DNA of 64,000 nt from Leptolyngbyaceae cyanobacterium (lineage in GTDB: Bacteria; Cyanobacteriota; Cyanobacteriia; Phormidesmidales; Phormidesmidaceae): the NCBI GenBank assembly GCA_965263355.1, contig CBDHHL010000032.1:1408001-1472000 (forward strand). The letters are read 5' to 3'. Below are positions 48,099 through 57,621 of this stretch, piece after piece. The first letter of the stretch is position 1; each line of letters begins with the position of its first letter. A program made the position numbers and the translations under genes. The notes under the pieces were generated by a model. It was not told the DNA's origin. It worked only from the letters and a program-made list of their open reading frames with translations, and made no database searches.

Positions 48099-49178
48099 CT
48101 ACCTTTCTGTTTCTCTGAACCAGGGTAATTTGCCATAGAGCGAATCGCTAAACAACACACACAGAAAGACAATTCCTTGAAACACTAATACCGTCGCATC
48201 GGGTAAATCGTGGGACCGCTGGAGAATACCACCACTGGCGAGAATTCCACCGAGCAAAATCGCGACTAAAATGGTGGCCAGGGGATTGTGGCGAGATACA
48301 AAGGCGACTAAAATCCCGGCGTAACCGTAATTGGACACCAGTGATTCGTTAATTCTTTTTTGTACAGCGGCCACTTCGACCATGCCTGCTAAACCGGCGG
48401 CGGATCCGCCTAAAAAGCAAACGGCCATGGTCAGTTTGCCCACGGGGAGTCCGGCAATGCGGGCAGCGCGCACATTGCCGCCAGCGGTGCGGGCGGCGAA
48501 GCCAAAGGTGGTGCGCTGGATCAGGTAATAGGCGAGCACACACACGATCAGACCGTAAAACAGTCCAACGTGAATGCGGCTGCCGGGAATGGTGCCAAGC
48601 CAAATGCTGGGGTCGAGTTGGGCCGATGAGGGCTTGGTGACAAAGCTGGTGTCGCGCATGGGACCTTCGACCAGATGGTTCATCAGTGCGATCGCAATAT
48701 AGTTCAACAACAAACTACTGATCGTCTCATTTACCCCCCGATAGTGGCGTAACGCTCCTGCCAACATAATCCACAGACCACCCATGGCCATGCCCGCCAT
48801 GGCCATACTTACCTGAGCCATTAAGGTCGGTAGAGATGTGCCCACCCCCAAACCCACCACCACCGCTGCCAGTCCCCCCATAACGAGAGCCCCCTCATTA
48901 CCGATAATCACCAGTCCCAGACGAGCTGGCAACGCTGTGCACAGGGCAGTCAACATCAGGGGCGCAGCGCGGATTAATGTATTTTGCCAGGCACTCCAAC
49001 GACCAAAGGCGGCCTTATAAATCGAACCGTAAACAGCAAACGGATTCGCCCCCGCCAGGGCACAAAAACCCCCGAAAAGTATGAGTGCTACCAGTAGAGC
49101 GGCCACTGGCAACAAAATGGCTTCTAAGGATCTGCGCCAGAGGCCAGAAACAGAGCCCGGCTGAGAGAGACTGACCAT
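48099..49178 (-). CDS. ABC transporter permease (nucleoside/BMP type)
   Basis: GLVIIGNEG, GVNETISSLLLNYIA, GGNVRAARIAG, YGYAGILVA. Confidence 0.92.
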   Translation of the reverse strand: MVSLSQPGSVSGLWRRSLEAILLPVAALLVALILFGGFCALAGANPFAVYGSIYKAAFGRWSAWQNTLIRAAPLMLTALCTALPARLGLVIIGNEGALVMGGLAAVVVGLGVGTSLPTLMAQVSMAMAGMAMGGLWIMLAGALRHYRGVNETISSLLLNYIAIALMNHLVEGPMRDTSFVTKPSSAQLDPSIWLGTIPGSRIHVGLFYGLIVCVLAYYLIQRTTFGFAARTAGGNVRAARIAGLPVGKLTMAVCFLGGSAAGLAGMVEVAAVQKRINESLVSNYGYAGILVAFVSRHNPLATILVAILLGGILASGGILQRSHDLPDATVLVFQGIVFLCVLFSDSLYGKLPWFRETER

Positions 49179-50371
49179 TAACCGTCGATGCTGCCCTTAA
49201 CACCCTCAATCAGCCAATCCATTTTCTCTAATTCAATGTTTTGCTGTTCGTACTTTTCACCAGCAGACAAGATCGCCTTGCCCGTATTGTCCTTGAGTTC
49301 GCCTTCGTAAATTACTAGCTCACCCTTGAGGATTTTCTCCTTCGCTGCCTCCGCATCTGCCTTGGCCTCTTCGGTAACCGCTGGACCGTAGGGAGAGAGC
49401 TTACAGAACTTATCTGCCAAACCACCGCGTAAAATATGATCGATATCACCCGCCATCAAGGTTTTACCCGCGACAAACTGTTCCCCCAAGAAGGTATAGA
49501 TACTAATCCAGTCCCACTCAGCCCCGGTCAGATAGCCCTTAGGGGCCAATGGCCCTTGATTCGCGTGATAGCCAGAGCTAAAGATACCGCGCTTTTCAGC
49601 GGTCTCCATCACCACCTTCGGACTGTCCACATGGCAGGTAACTACATCAATGCCCTGGTCGGCCATACTGTTGGTAGCTTCCGCTTCCTTTACTGGCAAT
49701 GCCCAATCCCCAGTGAAAATCACCTGGGTCGTTGCCGCTGGGTTAATCGATTTTGCCCCCAGGGTAAAGCTGTTGATATTCCGTAGTACCTGGGGAATGG
49801 GTTTAGCCGCGACAAATCCTAGTTTGCCTTCCTTAGACAGGTGACCAGCAACCACACCAGCAATGTATTGCGCTTCATCGATGTAGCCAAAGTAGCTGCC
49901 CACGTTATTGGGATGGACGCCATCCTGGTACAGGCCACCCGCGTGGAAAAACTGTACATCTGGGAATTCAGTGGCTAGCTCTAAAATGTAAGGATCAAAG
50001 TAACCAAACGAGGTAGGAAACAACACCTTAGCGCCATCAATTTCGATCATGCTGCGCATGGTTTCCAGTACGGCGGTGGTTTCAGGCACGCTAGCTTCTT
50101 CAAGAATTTTGATGCCAGGAACAGATGCCATCGCGGCAGCCCCTTCAGCATGGGCCTGGTTATAGCCAAAGTCATCCTTTGGTCCCACATAGATAAAACC
50201 GACGACGACATCACTCGTGGCTGCATCGGTGGGTTCTGCAGCACTCTCTGTGGATGCTGTGGGCGCTGGGGTACAGGCGTTTAACTTAGTAGCTGCGCCA
50301 AACGCTGTGGTCGCCAGCAGTCCACGGATGATTTGACGACGGGAAAACCCGAAGGAGCTGCGATGGGGCAT
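49178..50371 (-). CDS. BMP-family ABC substrate-binding protein (Tat lipoprotein)
   Basis: SRRQII..LNAC signal; GFIYVGPKDDFGYNQAH, TSFGY, INSFTLGA. Confidence 0.92.
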   Translation of the reverse strand: MPHRSSFGFSRRQIIRGLLATTAFGAATKLNACTPAPTASTESAAEPTDAATSDVVVGFIYVGPKDDFGYNQAHAEGAAAMASVPGIKILEEASVPETTAVLETMRSMIEIDGAKVLFPTSFGYFDPYILELATEFPDVQFFHAGGLYQDGVHPNNVGSYFGYIDEAQYIAGVVAGHLSKEGKLGFVAAKPIPQVLRNINSFTLGAKSINPAATTQVIFTGDWALPVKEAEATNSMADQGIDVVTCHVDSPKVVMETAEKRGIFSSGYHANQGPLAPKGYLTGAEWDWISIYTFLGEQFVAGKTLMAGDIDHILRGGLADKFCKLSPYGPAVTEEAKADAEAAKEKILKGELVIYEGELKDNTGKAILSAGEKYEQQNIELEKMDWLIEGVKGSIDG

Positions 50372-50437
50372 GGAATTTCTCCGACTAGCTGGGACTATGG
50401 ATCATTCCTTAGCATTGAGAAAACTATGCGGGTTTGT

Positions 50438-50453
50438 TGTATCTAATGTTGCA
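50438..50453 (-). promoter_or_regulatory. Possible NtcA-binding site upstream of the BMP operon
   Basis: TGTATCTAATGTTGCA, one mismatch to tGTA-N8-TACa, about 67 bp upstream of the start; only a weak -10 (AATGCT) at 22 nt. Confidence 0.45.
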
Positions 50454-50570
50454 TTTCATGAAATAAAAATCGCTGGGCTCAGCCCCCCTTTCCCCTTTCC
50501 CCTCTCTCTAAGTCAGAATTCCGAATTCGGAATTCGGCAAGGGAGCGTATGCCGGACTCCGAATTTTGCA

Positions 50571-51965
50571 TCATTGAGGAAATTGTTCTGCTTTGCGTTG
50601 ATGCCCGCGAGGAACATAAAAACTGGCAATAATCGCCATGGACATCCACCAAAGGGTACTGACTTGGGGACGATACCAGACGGTATCCACAAGACCGTGG
50701 ACGAGCATGCCAGAACAGGTTGCGATCGCACCGATCATCCAATAGCCCTGTATATTCATATCCATCCGCAGTTGTCGTAACTGTTGCCACCCTTGATAGA
50801 ATGCCGTACCCAACAGCCACAAAAAGGCTGTAAACCCAATTATGCCAGCCTCTACCAGATGTTCTAGAAAAACGGAATAGGCACTGAGGGCCGTGTAATT
50901 AGGCCGCTGATAAAACGGATAGATTTTGTTAAAGGCTTCATTGCCAGGGCCAATGCCAAACACCGGTCGAGCCCGAACCATATCCATGGCCCCTTCCCAA
51001 ACGTTAATGCGAAAATTGTTGCTGCTGTCACCACGCCCTGCAAACATGGTCATCACCCGTTCGCGTACTGGGCCAACAAACAACACAGAAAAGAGCACTA
51101 AACCGGCCATCATCCCCAGTAGGGCGGGCAATGCCCAGCGTTTCCAAAACGGCGGAAATAACTCACTCCACCAATAAACCAACAATATTGCCAGCACAAA
51201 GAAAAGCCCCAACAGCCCTATCCAACCACCACGGCTATAGGTCAATACCAAACAGGCCAAATTGATAAAAAAAGCAACCGCAGCCAACGCCTTTGGTAAC
51301 CAGCGGGGCCAAACAAAAAAGGCACTAACGCTCAGGGCCACCGCAGGCATCAAATAGGCCGCCAGTAGATTGGGATTTTGTAAGTAGCTGTACACACGGG
51401 TGGCCCCTGACAGATTTGAGGTGGGGTCTACCCAAGTGGCCAGGGCCTCAGCCCCAAAGAAGTACTGACGCATACCGTAGACGGCAACGGGCAATGTGGC
51501 CAGAATGTAAGTTGTGACTAACCCCGTCCGCAGCTTTGGCTGCCGTAACACCCGTGCCAGCAGCATAAACAACAACAGATTCAAGGTGAGCTTGATCAAT
51601 CCCGAAATTGCTTCAGACTTCACTGGAGATAGGGCCGTAGCCAGGATCATCGTGCCCCAATACAGGGTGACCGCCAAGTGAATGGGGGTGAGCATACCAT
51701 TGGCGTCATCGCTGATCGTCAGTAACGCCCATAGAGCCGCACAGGCCATCAACAAAATACCGATCAGAGTGGTGGAGGTATAGGGGGAGAGGATCAGCAG
51801 TACTGCTATGATGGCAGCCCCGATCAGGTCACCATGGGGTAAAAGCCCACTCCCCTTGCGCCATTGGCGTAGGGGGGATAACAGTCGATGAATCAGACTT
51901 ACCTGTCGCCATTGGTGGAGTGCAAACTGGCCAAAGGTCAGGGTGCGAAGAACGCTATCAATCAT
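50571..51965 (-). CDS. ictB: IctB-family membrane protein (O-antigen ligase-like; putative bicarbonate transporter)
   Basis: LATWVDP, RVYSYLQNPNLLAAYL, LTYSRGGW, RGDSSNNFRINVW, GIGPGN.AFN.IYP, HGLVDTVWYRP. Confidence 0.93.
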   Translation of the reverse strand: MIDSVLRTLTFGQFALHQWRQVSLIHRLLSPLRQWRKGSGLLPHGDLIGAAIIAVLLILSPYTSTTLIGILLMACAALWALLTISDDANGMLTPIHLAVTLYWGTMILATALSPVKSEAISGLIKLTLNLLLFMLLARVLRQPKLRTGLVTTYILATLPVAVYGMRQYFFGAEALATWVDPTSNLSGATRVYSYLQNPNLLAAYLMPAVALSVSAFFVWPRWLPKALAAVAFFINLACLVLTYSRGGWIGLLGLFFVLAILLVYWWSELFPPFWKRWALPALLGMMAGLVLFSVLFVGPVRERVMTMFAGRGDSSNNFRINVWEGAMDMVRARPVFGIGPGNEAFNKIYPFYQRPNYTALSAYSVFLEHLVEAGIIGFTAFLWLLGTAFYQGWQQLRQLRMDMNIQGYWMIGAIATCSGMLVHGLVDTVWYRPQVSTLWWMSMAIIASFYVPRGHQRKAEQFPQ

Positions 51966-51991
51966 TAGAGTACGCTTGAGACTGGGCTTGA

Positions 51992-52198
51992 TTAGGTAAT
52001 AATCACGGTGATAATAATAGCTGCAAGGGAGATGATCACAGCCGATAGCAGGATACCAGCCGCCAGGTTACCCTTACGAATTTCTGCTTGATAGTCAATC
52101 GGGTCGAGAAAGTCGTAGAGTCGGATGCCACCATAGAACAGGAAAACACTAAGCAGCGTCCAGCCAAGGGTGGCACCAATGGTTTCAACTAGAGTCAT
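51992..52198 (-). CDS. DUF350 domain membrane protein
   Basis: Two TM helices around YDFLDPIDYQAEIRKGNLAAG. Confidence 0.8.
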   Translation of the reverse strand: MTLVETIGATLGWTLLSVFLFYGGIRLYDFLDPIDYQAEIRKGNLAAGILLSAVIISLAAIIITVIIT

Positions 52199-52398
52199 CG
52201 TTGTGCTAAGGGTAGAACAGGCTTGCAGGAATTAAACCATGTTCAAGTTAAAACCTGTAGGGTTTTCACCGGAAAAATTTCAGTTCTGGATGTGAACAAG
52301 GTTTATATAGCTTTGCCTAGCGCATGTAACCGGTCAGCTAGCGGTAGAGTATCAGATAGCTCGGCTTGGGGAGTCAATGAGGGAAGGAACCAAATCAG

Positions 52399-53358
52399 AT
52401 GCCGCCTGTAATTAATCGAACAAGACGGTTTATGGATTACACGCCCTATTTCAGTTGGGCGTTGGCGCTGGGGTTAGTGGCTATCGCGGGGACTACCCCC
52501 AGCACATTGACCACCGATACCCTGACGCCTACACCGGTTAGTACATCCTCGGACCCAGCTCAGCCTAATTCTGTCCCCAGTCCTGAAAATATTGAACGCT
52601 CAGAAGCATTGAGTAAACCGATCTCGATTACGCCAAAGGACAATATTCAGCTCCGTCTGCAGGCTCCTAATCGAGGGTATTTTACCTTGCCTTATAAGGT
52701 AGAGCTTTTGGATGCCAATCAAGCACCGCTGCAACTTGACAATGGTCATAGGTGGACCCTGTCTAATGGCTCAGGGACAAGGACCTTAAATTTGCCAGTC
52801 AATGTAACTGAAACTACATCCATTTACATTCGTTTATCCCATTTAGGCACGACTACGGCTCCTCCCATTAGCTTACAGGTAAAGTCTTCGTCAGTTCTGA
52901 CTGACTATTTAGCAGCCGGTATTACAGGGTGTTTGGGTATCGGTGGGTTAGCCTTTTTGGCCACGACAAGATCGGGACGTGTCGTAGCTGAATCGTTTAA
53001 GCAGCGGGTAAATCAATCGTCAGTTGTTGAAATTCTGGGGGAAAACGATACCCTGGTCCGCGTCTCTTTGCGGGCAACGCTGACGGGTATGATACCAACC
53101 AAGATGACCTTCAGTCTTCAGGTGCTGGGTGAACAGGGACAACTGCTCTGGAGTGATGATCAAGTAGTTATACCCCAGCAACATCTGATGTTTCTGGGCG
53201 TCGCTACGGGGGTTTGGTTTTTGGTCTTACCCCAGCAACAAAATTATCGTCTGTTTGGCCAGATACAGGGGAATAAGACCGTTGATAGTTTGTTATTGTC
53301 GGTAATGGCAGGGGGACAAACCAATCGTCCAGTTGATGTTATTACAATAGAGCAGTAG
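52399..53358 (+). CDS. Hypothetical membrane-anchored protein
   Basis: 319-aa ORF with N-terminal hydrophobic segment, Pro/Thr linker and internal TM; first gene of the speE run. Confidence 0.6.
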   Translation: MPPVINRTRRFMDYTPYFSWALALGLVAIAGTTPSTLTTDTLTPTPVSTSSDPAQPNSVPSPENIERSEALSKPISITPKDNIQLRLQAPNRGYFTLPYKVELLDANQAPLQLDNGHRWTLSNGSGTRTLNLPVNVTETTSIYIRLSHLGTTTAPPISLQVKSSSVLTDYLAAGITGCLGIGGLAFLATTRSGRVVAESFKQRVNQSSVVEILGENDTLVRVSLRATLTGMIPTKMTFSLQVLGEQGQLLWSDDQVVIPQQHLMFLGVATGVWFLVLPQQQNYRLFGQIQGNKTVDSLLLSVMAGGQTNRPVDVITIEQ

Positions 53359-53393
53359 ACGAGACGCAATAAACGTGTTTAGGTGGGGGGACT

Positions 53394-53708
53394 ATGCCAA
53401 ACAATCCGTTTTCATTAACCTGTGCGTTGGTGGCGTTGGGTCTTGCGATCGCATCCGTTGCCCTCGCTAACCAAAGCCCCCGCCGGACCACACTACACTG
53501 GTCTGGCATCAGCAGTAGCCGCTCCAGTTACTACAATGCCAGACGTTCGTCTCCTAATACCCTAAATACGCCCAGTTCTGCTCCGTCTAGCTCAACTCCC
53601 TACCCCAACCCGACAACAACGTCTCCCTTACCACCTCCGCTAACCTCCCCCAATGCCAGACCTAGCAATTCTGGGTTTCGGGGTGGTGGCCCTGGCAGCG
53701 GTAAATAG
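53394..53708 (+). CDS. Small exported low-complexity protein ending FRGGGPGSGK
   Basis: Hydrophobic N-terminus, Ser/Pro-rich body, Gly-rich C-terminal tail with terminal Lys; lies immediately upstream of speE. Confidence 0.7.
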   Translation: MPNNPFSLTCALVALGLAIASVALANQSPRRTTLHWSGISSSRSSYYNARRSSPNTLNTPSSAPSSSTPYPNPTTTSPLPPPLTSPNARPSNSGFRGGGPGSGK

Positions 53709-53725
53709 AGCGGATATCCAGAGCC

Positions 53726-55252
53726 TTGGCAACTCCACTGGCCAATCCCCAAGTTTTGACCCACTGGCAGCGCCAATGTTTGCTACTTACGGCAGCTGTT
53801 TCCTCAGGCGTCGGCTTAGCTGCTGAGTTGTTGCTAGGGACTTTAGCCAGTTATTTAGTGGGCAACCATGCCCTGGCCTATGGCCTAACGGTGGGTGGAT
53901 TTTTGGCCGCCATGGGTATCGGAGCCTATCTGAGTAAATTTGTGGCAGATCGGGGGTTGCTGAATGTTTTCTTTGCCATTGAACTGGCCCTGGCCCCCCT
54001 GGTAGGTCTGGTGCCCCTGGCCCTGTTTGCCTTATTCGCTGCCGATGGCCCGCTGTGGCTAGGGTTGATTGGCACCACGTTGCTGCTAGGCAGCTTAGCC
54101 GGCATGGAGGTGCCCTTACTAACGCGATTGGTGGAGCTACGGGATCCCTTGCGCGATGCCTTAGCTGGGGTGCTGGCGCTGGATTATTTAGGGGCATTGG
54201 TGGGGGCTTTACTATTCCCAGCCATACTATTGCCATGGATTGGGCTATTTCCATCAGCCATGGTGATTGGCGCATTGCCAGCGGTGATGGTGGTTATCCT
54301 GGGGCAAAGTTTTCGTCAGGGGCAACCCTGGCGCTATGCCGGGTTAGCGGTGGCAATCGCTTTGTTTTTGGGGGCTCCAGCGACATTACCCATTAGCCAT
54401 TGGCTAGAAAATACACTGTATCGAGCCCCAGTGGTTTGGCGGCAACAAACCCGTCACCAGCGGATGGTGGTTACTCGTCGCCAGGGGGATATACGTCTTT
54501 TCCTCAATGGTGATTTACAGCTGTCTACGGTGGATGAGTATCGGTACCATGAGTCTTTGATCCACCCAGCCATGGCTGTAGCATCCCCCCGTCGAGTGTT
54601 GTTATTGGGGGCAGGGGATGGATTGGCGCTACGAGAAGTCTTGAAGTGGCCCACCGTAGAACAGGTCACTCTGATTGAGCTGGATCCGGCGGTGGTGGCC
54701 TGGGGGCGCAGGGCGCTGCAGGCGGACTGGTTAGAGGATAAACGAGTCACCATCCGCTATGGGGATGCATTTCGTCTATTACCTAAATTGCAGGATACAT
54801 TTGATGTGATTGTGGCGGACTTTCCTGACCCGGATCAGGTGGATCTTGCCAAACTGTATAGTGTGGGGTTTTATCAGCAGGTGCGATCGCGCCTTACCCC
54901 CAATGGTCTTTTCGTCACCCAGGCCTCCAGTCCATTCTTTGCCCCCAATGTGCTCGCCTGTATTCAAAGCACATTGACCGAAGCAGGTTTTTTCACCTAT
55001 CCCTACCGTACCGAAGTCCCTAGTTTTGGCCTCTGGGGTTTTGTCCTTGCCGCCCAATCGCCCCAGTCCCCCCAATCCTTTTCAGCCTTGGAGTTACCCA
55101 TCTCCACCCGGTTTCTAACCGCAAGACTGATGAGCACTCTATTTGTCATGGGCAAAGATCTGCAGGTAGCGACCACAGCAGTACGCCCCAATCGACTCTC
55201 AGATCCAGTAATTGTGCGTTACCAGCACGACCCACGCTGGACATTTTATTAA
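53726..55252 (+). CDS. speE: Membrane-bound polyamine aminopropyltransferase (spermidine synthase family)
   Basis: About 7 N-terminal TM helices; LFLNGDLQLSTVDEYRYHE, LLLGAGDGLALRE, IELDP, DFPDP, VPSFG.WGF. Confidence 0.92.
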   Translation: MATPLANPQVLTHWQRQCLLLTAAVSSGVGLAAELLLGTLASYLVGNHALAYGLTVGGFLAAMGIGAYLSKFVADRGLLNVFFAIELALAPLVGLVPLALFALFAADGPLWLGLIGTTLLLGSLAGMEVPLLTRLVELRDPLRDALAGVLALDYLGALVGALLFPAILLPWIGLFPSAMVIGALPAVMVVILGQSFRQGQPWRYAGLAVAIALFLGAPATLPISHWLENTLYRAPVVWRQQTRHQRMVVTRRQGDIRLFLNGDLQLSTVDEYRYHESLIHPAMAVASPRRVLLLGAGDGLALREVLKWPTVEQVTLIELDPAVVAWGRRALQADWLEDKRVTIRYGDAFRLLPKLQDTFDVIVADFPDPDQVDLAKLYSVGFYQQVRSRLTPNGLFVTQASSPFFAPNVLACIQSTLTEAGFFTYPYRTEVPSFGLWGFVLAAQSPQSPQSFSALELPISTRFLTARLMSTLFVMGKDLQVATTAVRPNRLSDPVIVRYQHDPRWTFY

Positions 55253-55270
55253 GCTATAAAGCTAGAAGTC

Positions 55271-55376
55271 ATACCAAATCCCAGTTCATATCCCCGATTA
55301 AAAATGCACCACCCCGTAGGAGTAATCCCTCGTGGTTGCCCTGCCATATTGGGCACAGGTAGTCAGGATTCCGTAT
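55271..55376 (+). repeat. ~106-bp MITE with imperfect TIRs and internal GTAG palindrome
   Basis: Ends ATACCAAATCC / GGATTCCGTAT (9/11 inverted); internal GTAGGAGTAATCCCTCGTGGTTGCCCT; homologous to 29708-29814 and 18671-18740. Confidence 0.75.
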
Positions 55377-55410
55377 AATTCAACATTAAGCCAAGTCTCT
55401 TTCACCATCC

Positions 55411-56031
55411 ATGATTCCACTCTTTTGGTTTTATGTTTTCGCAATCCTGATTGGCCTGGCCATCTGGCTTTGGGTTCGTTGGTCTCAACAATCAGGACCC
55501 CGGCGTCCACGGTCTGCCCCCACCCGTCGTCCCCCTAAAACTCGTCAGCCCACATTGTTTAATCTAGCCATCGGTGACATTGTGCAGTATCAAAACGATG
55601 ACTGGGTGGTAGAAGATATTTTGACCTACAATGCATCGGGCTGGACCTGGAAAGAATATCAGTTACAAAACAAAGATCAGGTACGCTGGCTAAGCGTGGA
55701 ACAGGATGACACCCTGGAACTTAGCTGGACTGAAACTATCCAGTTATCAGTGACTAATCCACCCCCCAAGGATATTACCTATGGCAACACGGTCTACCGG
55801 CAACAGGAATTTGGGCCGTTGACCATGACCATGAAAACTAAACCTGGGACAACGCTTAAGGGATACTACTTTGACTATGCCAGTGCAACGGGTGAAGAGC
55901 TTTCCTTAGAACAGTGGGGTGACGATGCCTCCTTTGAAGTCTCTGCTGGACATTCCCTCACACCGAGAGCATTAAATCTCCTACCCGGTGATGGCCAAAG
56001 TATTTATCGCTATGGTAGCCAAGACAGCTAA
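55411..56031 (+). CDS. DUF4178 domain protein
   Basis: N-terminal TM; LFNLAIGDIVQY, W.EY.L, WLSVEQDD, LSLEQWG; typical neighbour of speE/DUF350. Confidence 0.8.
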   Translation: MIPLFWFYVFAILIGLAIWLWVRWSQQSGPRRPRSAPTRRPPKTRQPTLFNLAIGDIVQYQNDDWVVEDILTYNASGWTWKEYQLQNKDQVRWLSVEQDDTLELSWTETIQLSVTNPPPKDITYGNTVYRQQEFGPLTMTMKTKPGTTLKGYYFDYASATGEELSLEQWGDDASFEVSAGHSLTPRALNLLPGDGQSIYRYGSQDS

Positions 56032-56032
56032 A

Positions 56033-56641
56033 TCACAAGAATAGCTCACCCATTAACAATTTATCCGTAGCCAACGTTAACGTTGGAAATACCAATGATT
56101 GAATAAGTTTAGAGTTGTCATAATAATGCTCTTTATAAGTCTCATTTATGAGAGTACAAACAACAACCTGCTGTCTATGGCGATCAATAATCCAATACTC
56201 TGGAACTTGCCACCATTCATACTGTTGCCGTTTCCATTCATAATCACGCCGATAGTTTGCACTACCTTCACTGCCTGGGCTAACAATTTCAGCGATAAAT
56301 ACGGGGGCAGGCATGTCGAAGAGGATAGCATTCTTCTTCAGACCTTTCATTAGATCGAGATGCTCAGGCTGTAGGACAATCACATCCGGTTTTCGATTTA
56401 CTCGATTATCACCCACCGGATGCACCTGTATTTCGGTGGAAGAACTCCTAACAAGCCGTCTATTGCTGACAAATTTCTTTAATAACTCAGCCAATTCGTC
56501 AGCAATAAAGTCATTTTCCGCATCTTCCGGTGGCAACTCAATTACCTCTCCAGTACTAAGCAAGCGAAAATTACCATCCGGACTGAGGTCAGCGTCCAGA
56601 TACTGTGAGTAAGTCCTATATCGTATAGATGTGTGGATCAA
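56033..56641 (-). CDS. Uma2-family (DUF820) endonuclease
   Basis: RKPDVIV, IAEIVSPG, RDY..KR.QY...VPEYWIID, IQSLVFPTL. Confidence 0.9.
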   Translation of the reverse strand: MIHTSIRYRTYSQYLDADLSPDGNFRLLSTGEVIELPPEDAENDFIADELAELLKKFVSNRRLVRSSSTEIQVHPVGDNRVNRKPDVIVLQPEHLDLMKGLKKNAILFDMPAPVFIAEIVSPGSEGSANYRRDYEWKRQQYEWWQVPEYWIIDRHRQQVVVCTLINETYKEHYYDNSKLIQSLVFPTLTLATDKLLMGELFL

Positions 56642-56782
56642 CGTTGACGTCAGGGTAAGTAACTTAGTGATTCTGATTGGAGTATAGCAAAACCGACATT
56701 CAACTCAGTTAAGTGTCTTTCCTAAGCTCATCTTTGGGATGGGCTTTTAACCATGGTTATCATAATCGTTTATGCATAATCA

Positions 56783-57391
56783 TCATAGGGGTGATTGCCC
56801 AATAACATTGCCTGGTGGTCTATAGTTATAAATCATTAATTTTCCATAAATTCTATGGGGTGCGACACCACAGCCAAGCTCCGTGGTATTCTGCCAAATC
56901 ATCTGCGTGTAATGCCCACAGGTTTCACCCTTGCATTGCCCAGTCGATAGATCATAGTTTTCTTTCTCTTCTGCCCATAAACCAAGCATTAACTCTACAG
57001 AACTACCCGCAGCAATGTTTTCCCCTGCTCCACTACGATTACCACTCCTAGGACTATGTCCAAAAGTCCCACGTCGCGATAGCTCATCTGCCCAATCTTG
57101 ATCGGTGCTAGCTAACTCGGAAGACCACGATAAAGATGGCACATTAACCTCAGCTCGCAGCTGATTATGGGTATCGAGTATTTCTTGCTCTTCCTCAGTA
57201 AGCTGTGAGGAATCTTCTGATTGCTCAGGAGTTTGCTGTAGCCTTAGGTCATTCAATAATTGTTCAACATCTGCAGACCAATTTTCTTCGTTTAAGAAAT
57301 CTTCAACTGCTGGAGACTCAAAGGCTTCTTCTAAGTCAAACGTTTCTCTGGTTAGAGTTTCAGCTACTAAAACCCCACCGACACCACCCAT
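56783..57391 (-). CDS. CAP/SCP (PR-1-like) domain protein, probably degenerating
   Basis: LDTHNQLRAEV..L.WS.ELA, GENIA, CGHYTQMIW..T..LGCG, NY.PPGN. The upstream hydrophobic leader is out of frame. Confidence 0.8.
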   Translation of the reverse strand: MGGVGGVLVAETLTRETFDLEEAFESPAVEDFLNEENWSADVEQLLNDLRLQQTPEQSEDSSQLTEEEQEILDTHNQLRAEVNVPSLSWSSELASTDQDWADELSRRGTFGHSPRSGNRSGAGENIAAGSSVELMLGLWAEEKENYDLSTGQCKGETCGHYTQMIWQNTTELGCGVAPHRIYGKLMIYNYRPPGNVIGQSPL

Positions 57392-57621
57392 ATCACTTGC
57401 GAAACGTAATGATAAGCGCTTTTACAATTTCAAACTTACCTTGATCTTATAGGTCCCCATAACCCTGATCGCAATTCACCGTCATAGTCTCTAGGGTAGA
57501 TGATGCCCTTCAAGAAATCGACTGGCGATGATTCTGTTCCAAGCAATAGGATTGTTCTAGCCCTAAGCTTTTTCAATTGCATAGGTAGCTATGTACATTG
57601 CAAAACCCTAGGGCAGTAACA

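Noticed and set aside
50372..50570. Guanidine or purine riboswitch ahead of the BMP operon
   Set aside because: No recognisable conserved aptamer sequence; an Infernal/Rfam scan would be needed to exclude it fully.
50370..50820. Overlapping short ORFs between the BMP gene and ictB
   Set aside because: They run through heptamer repeats and the ictB 3' end and carry no protein motifs.
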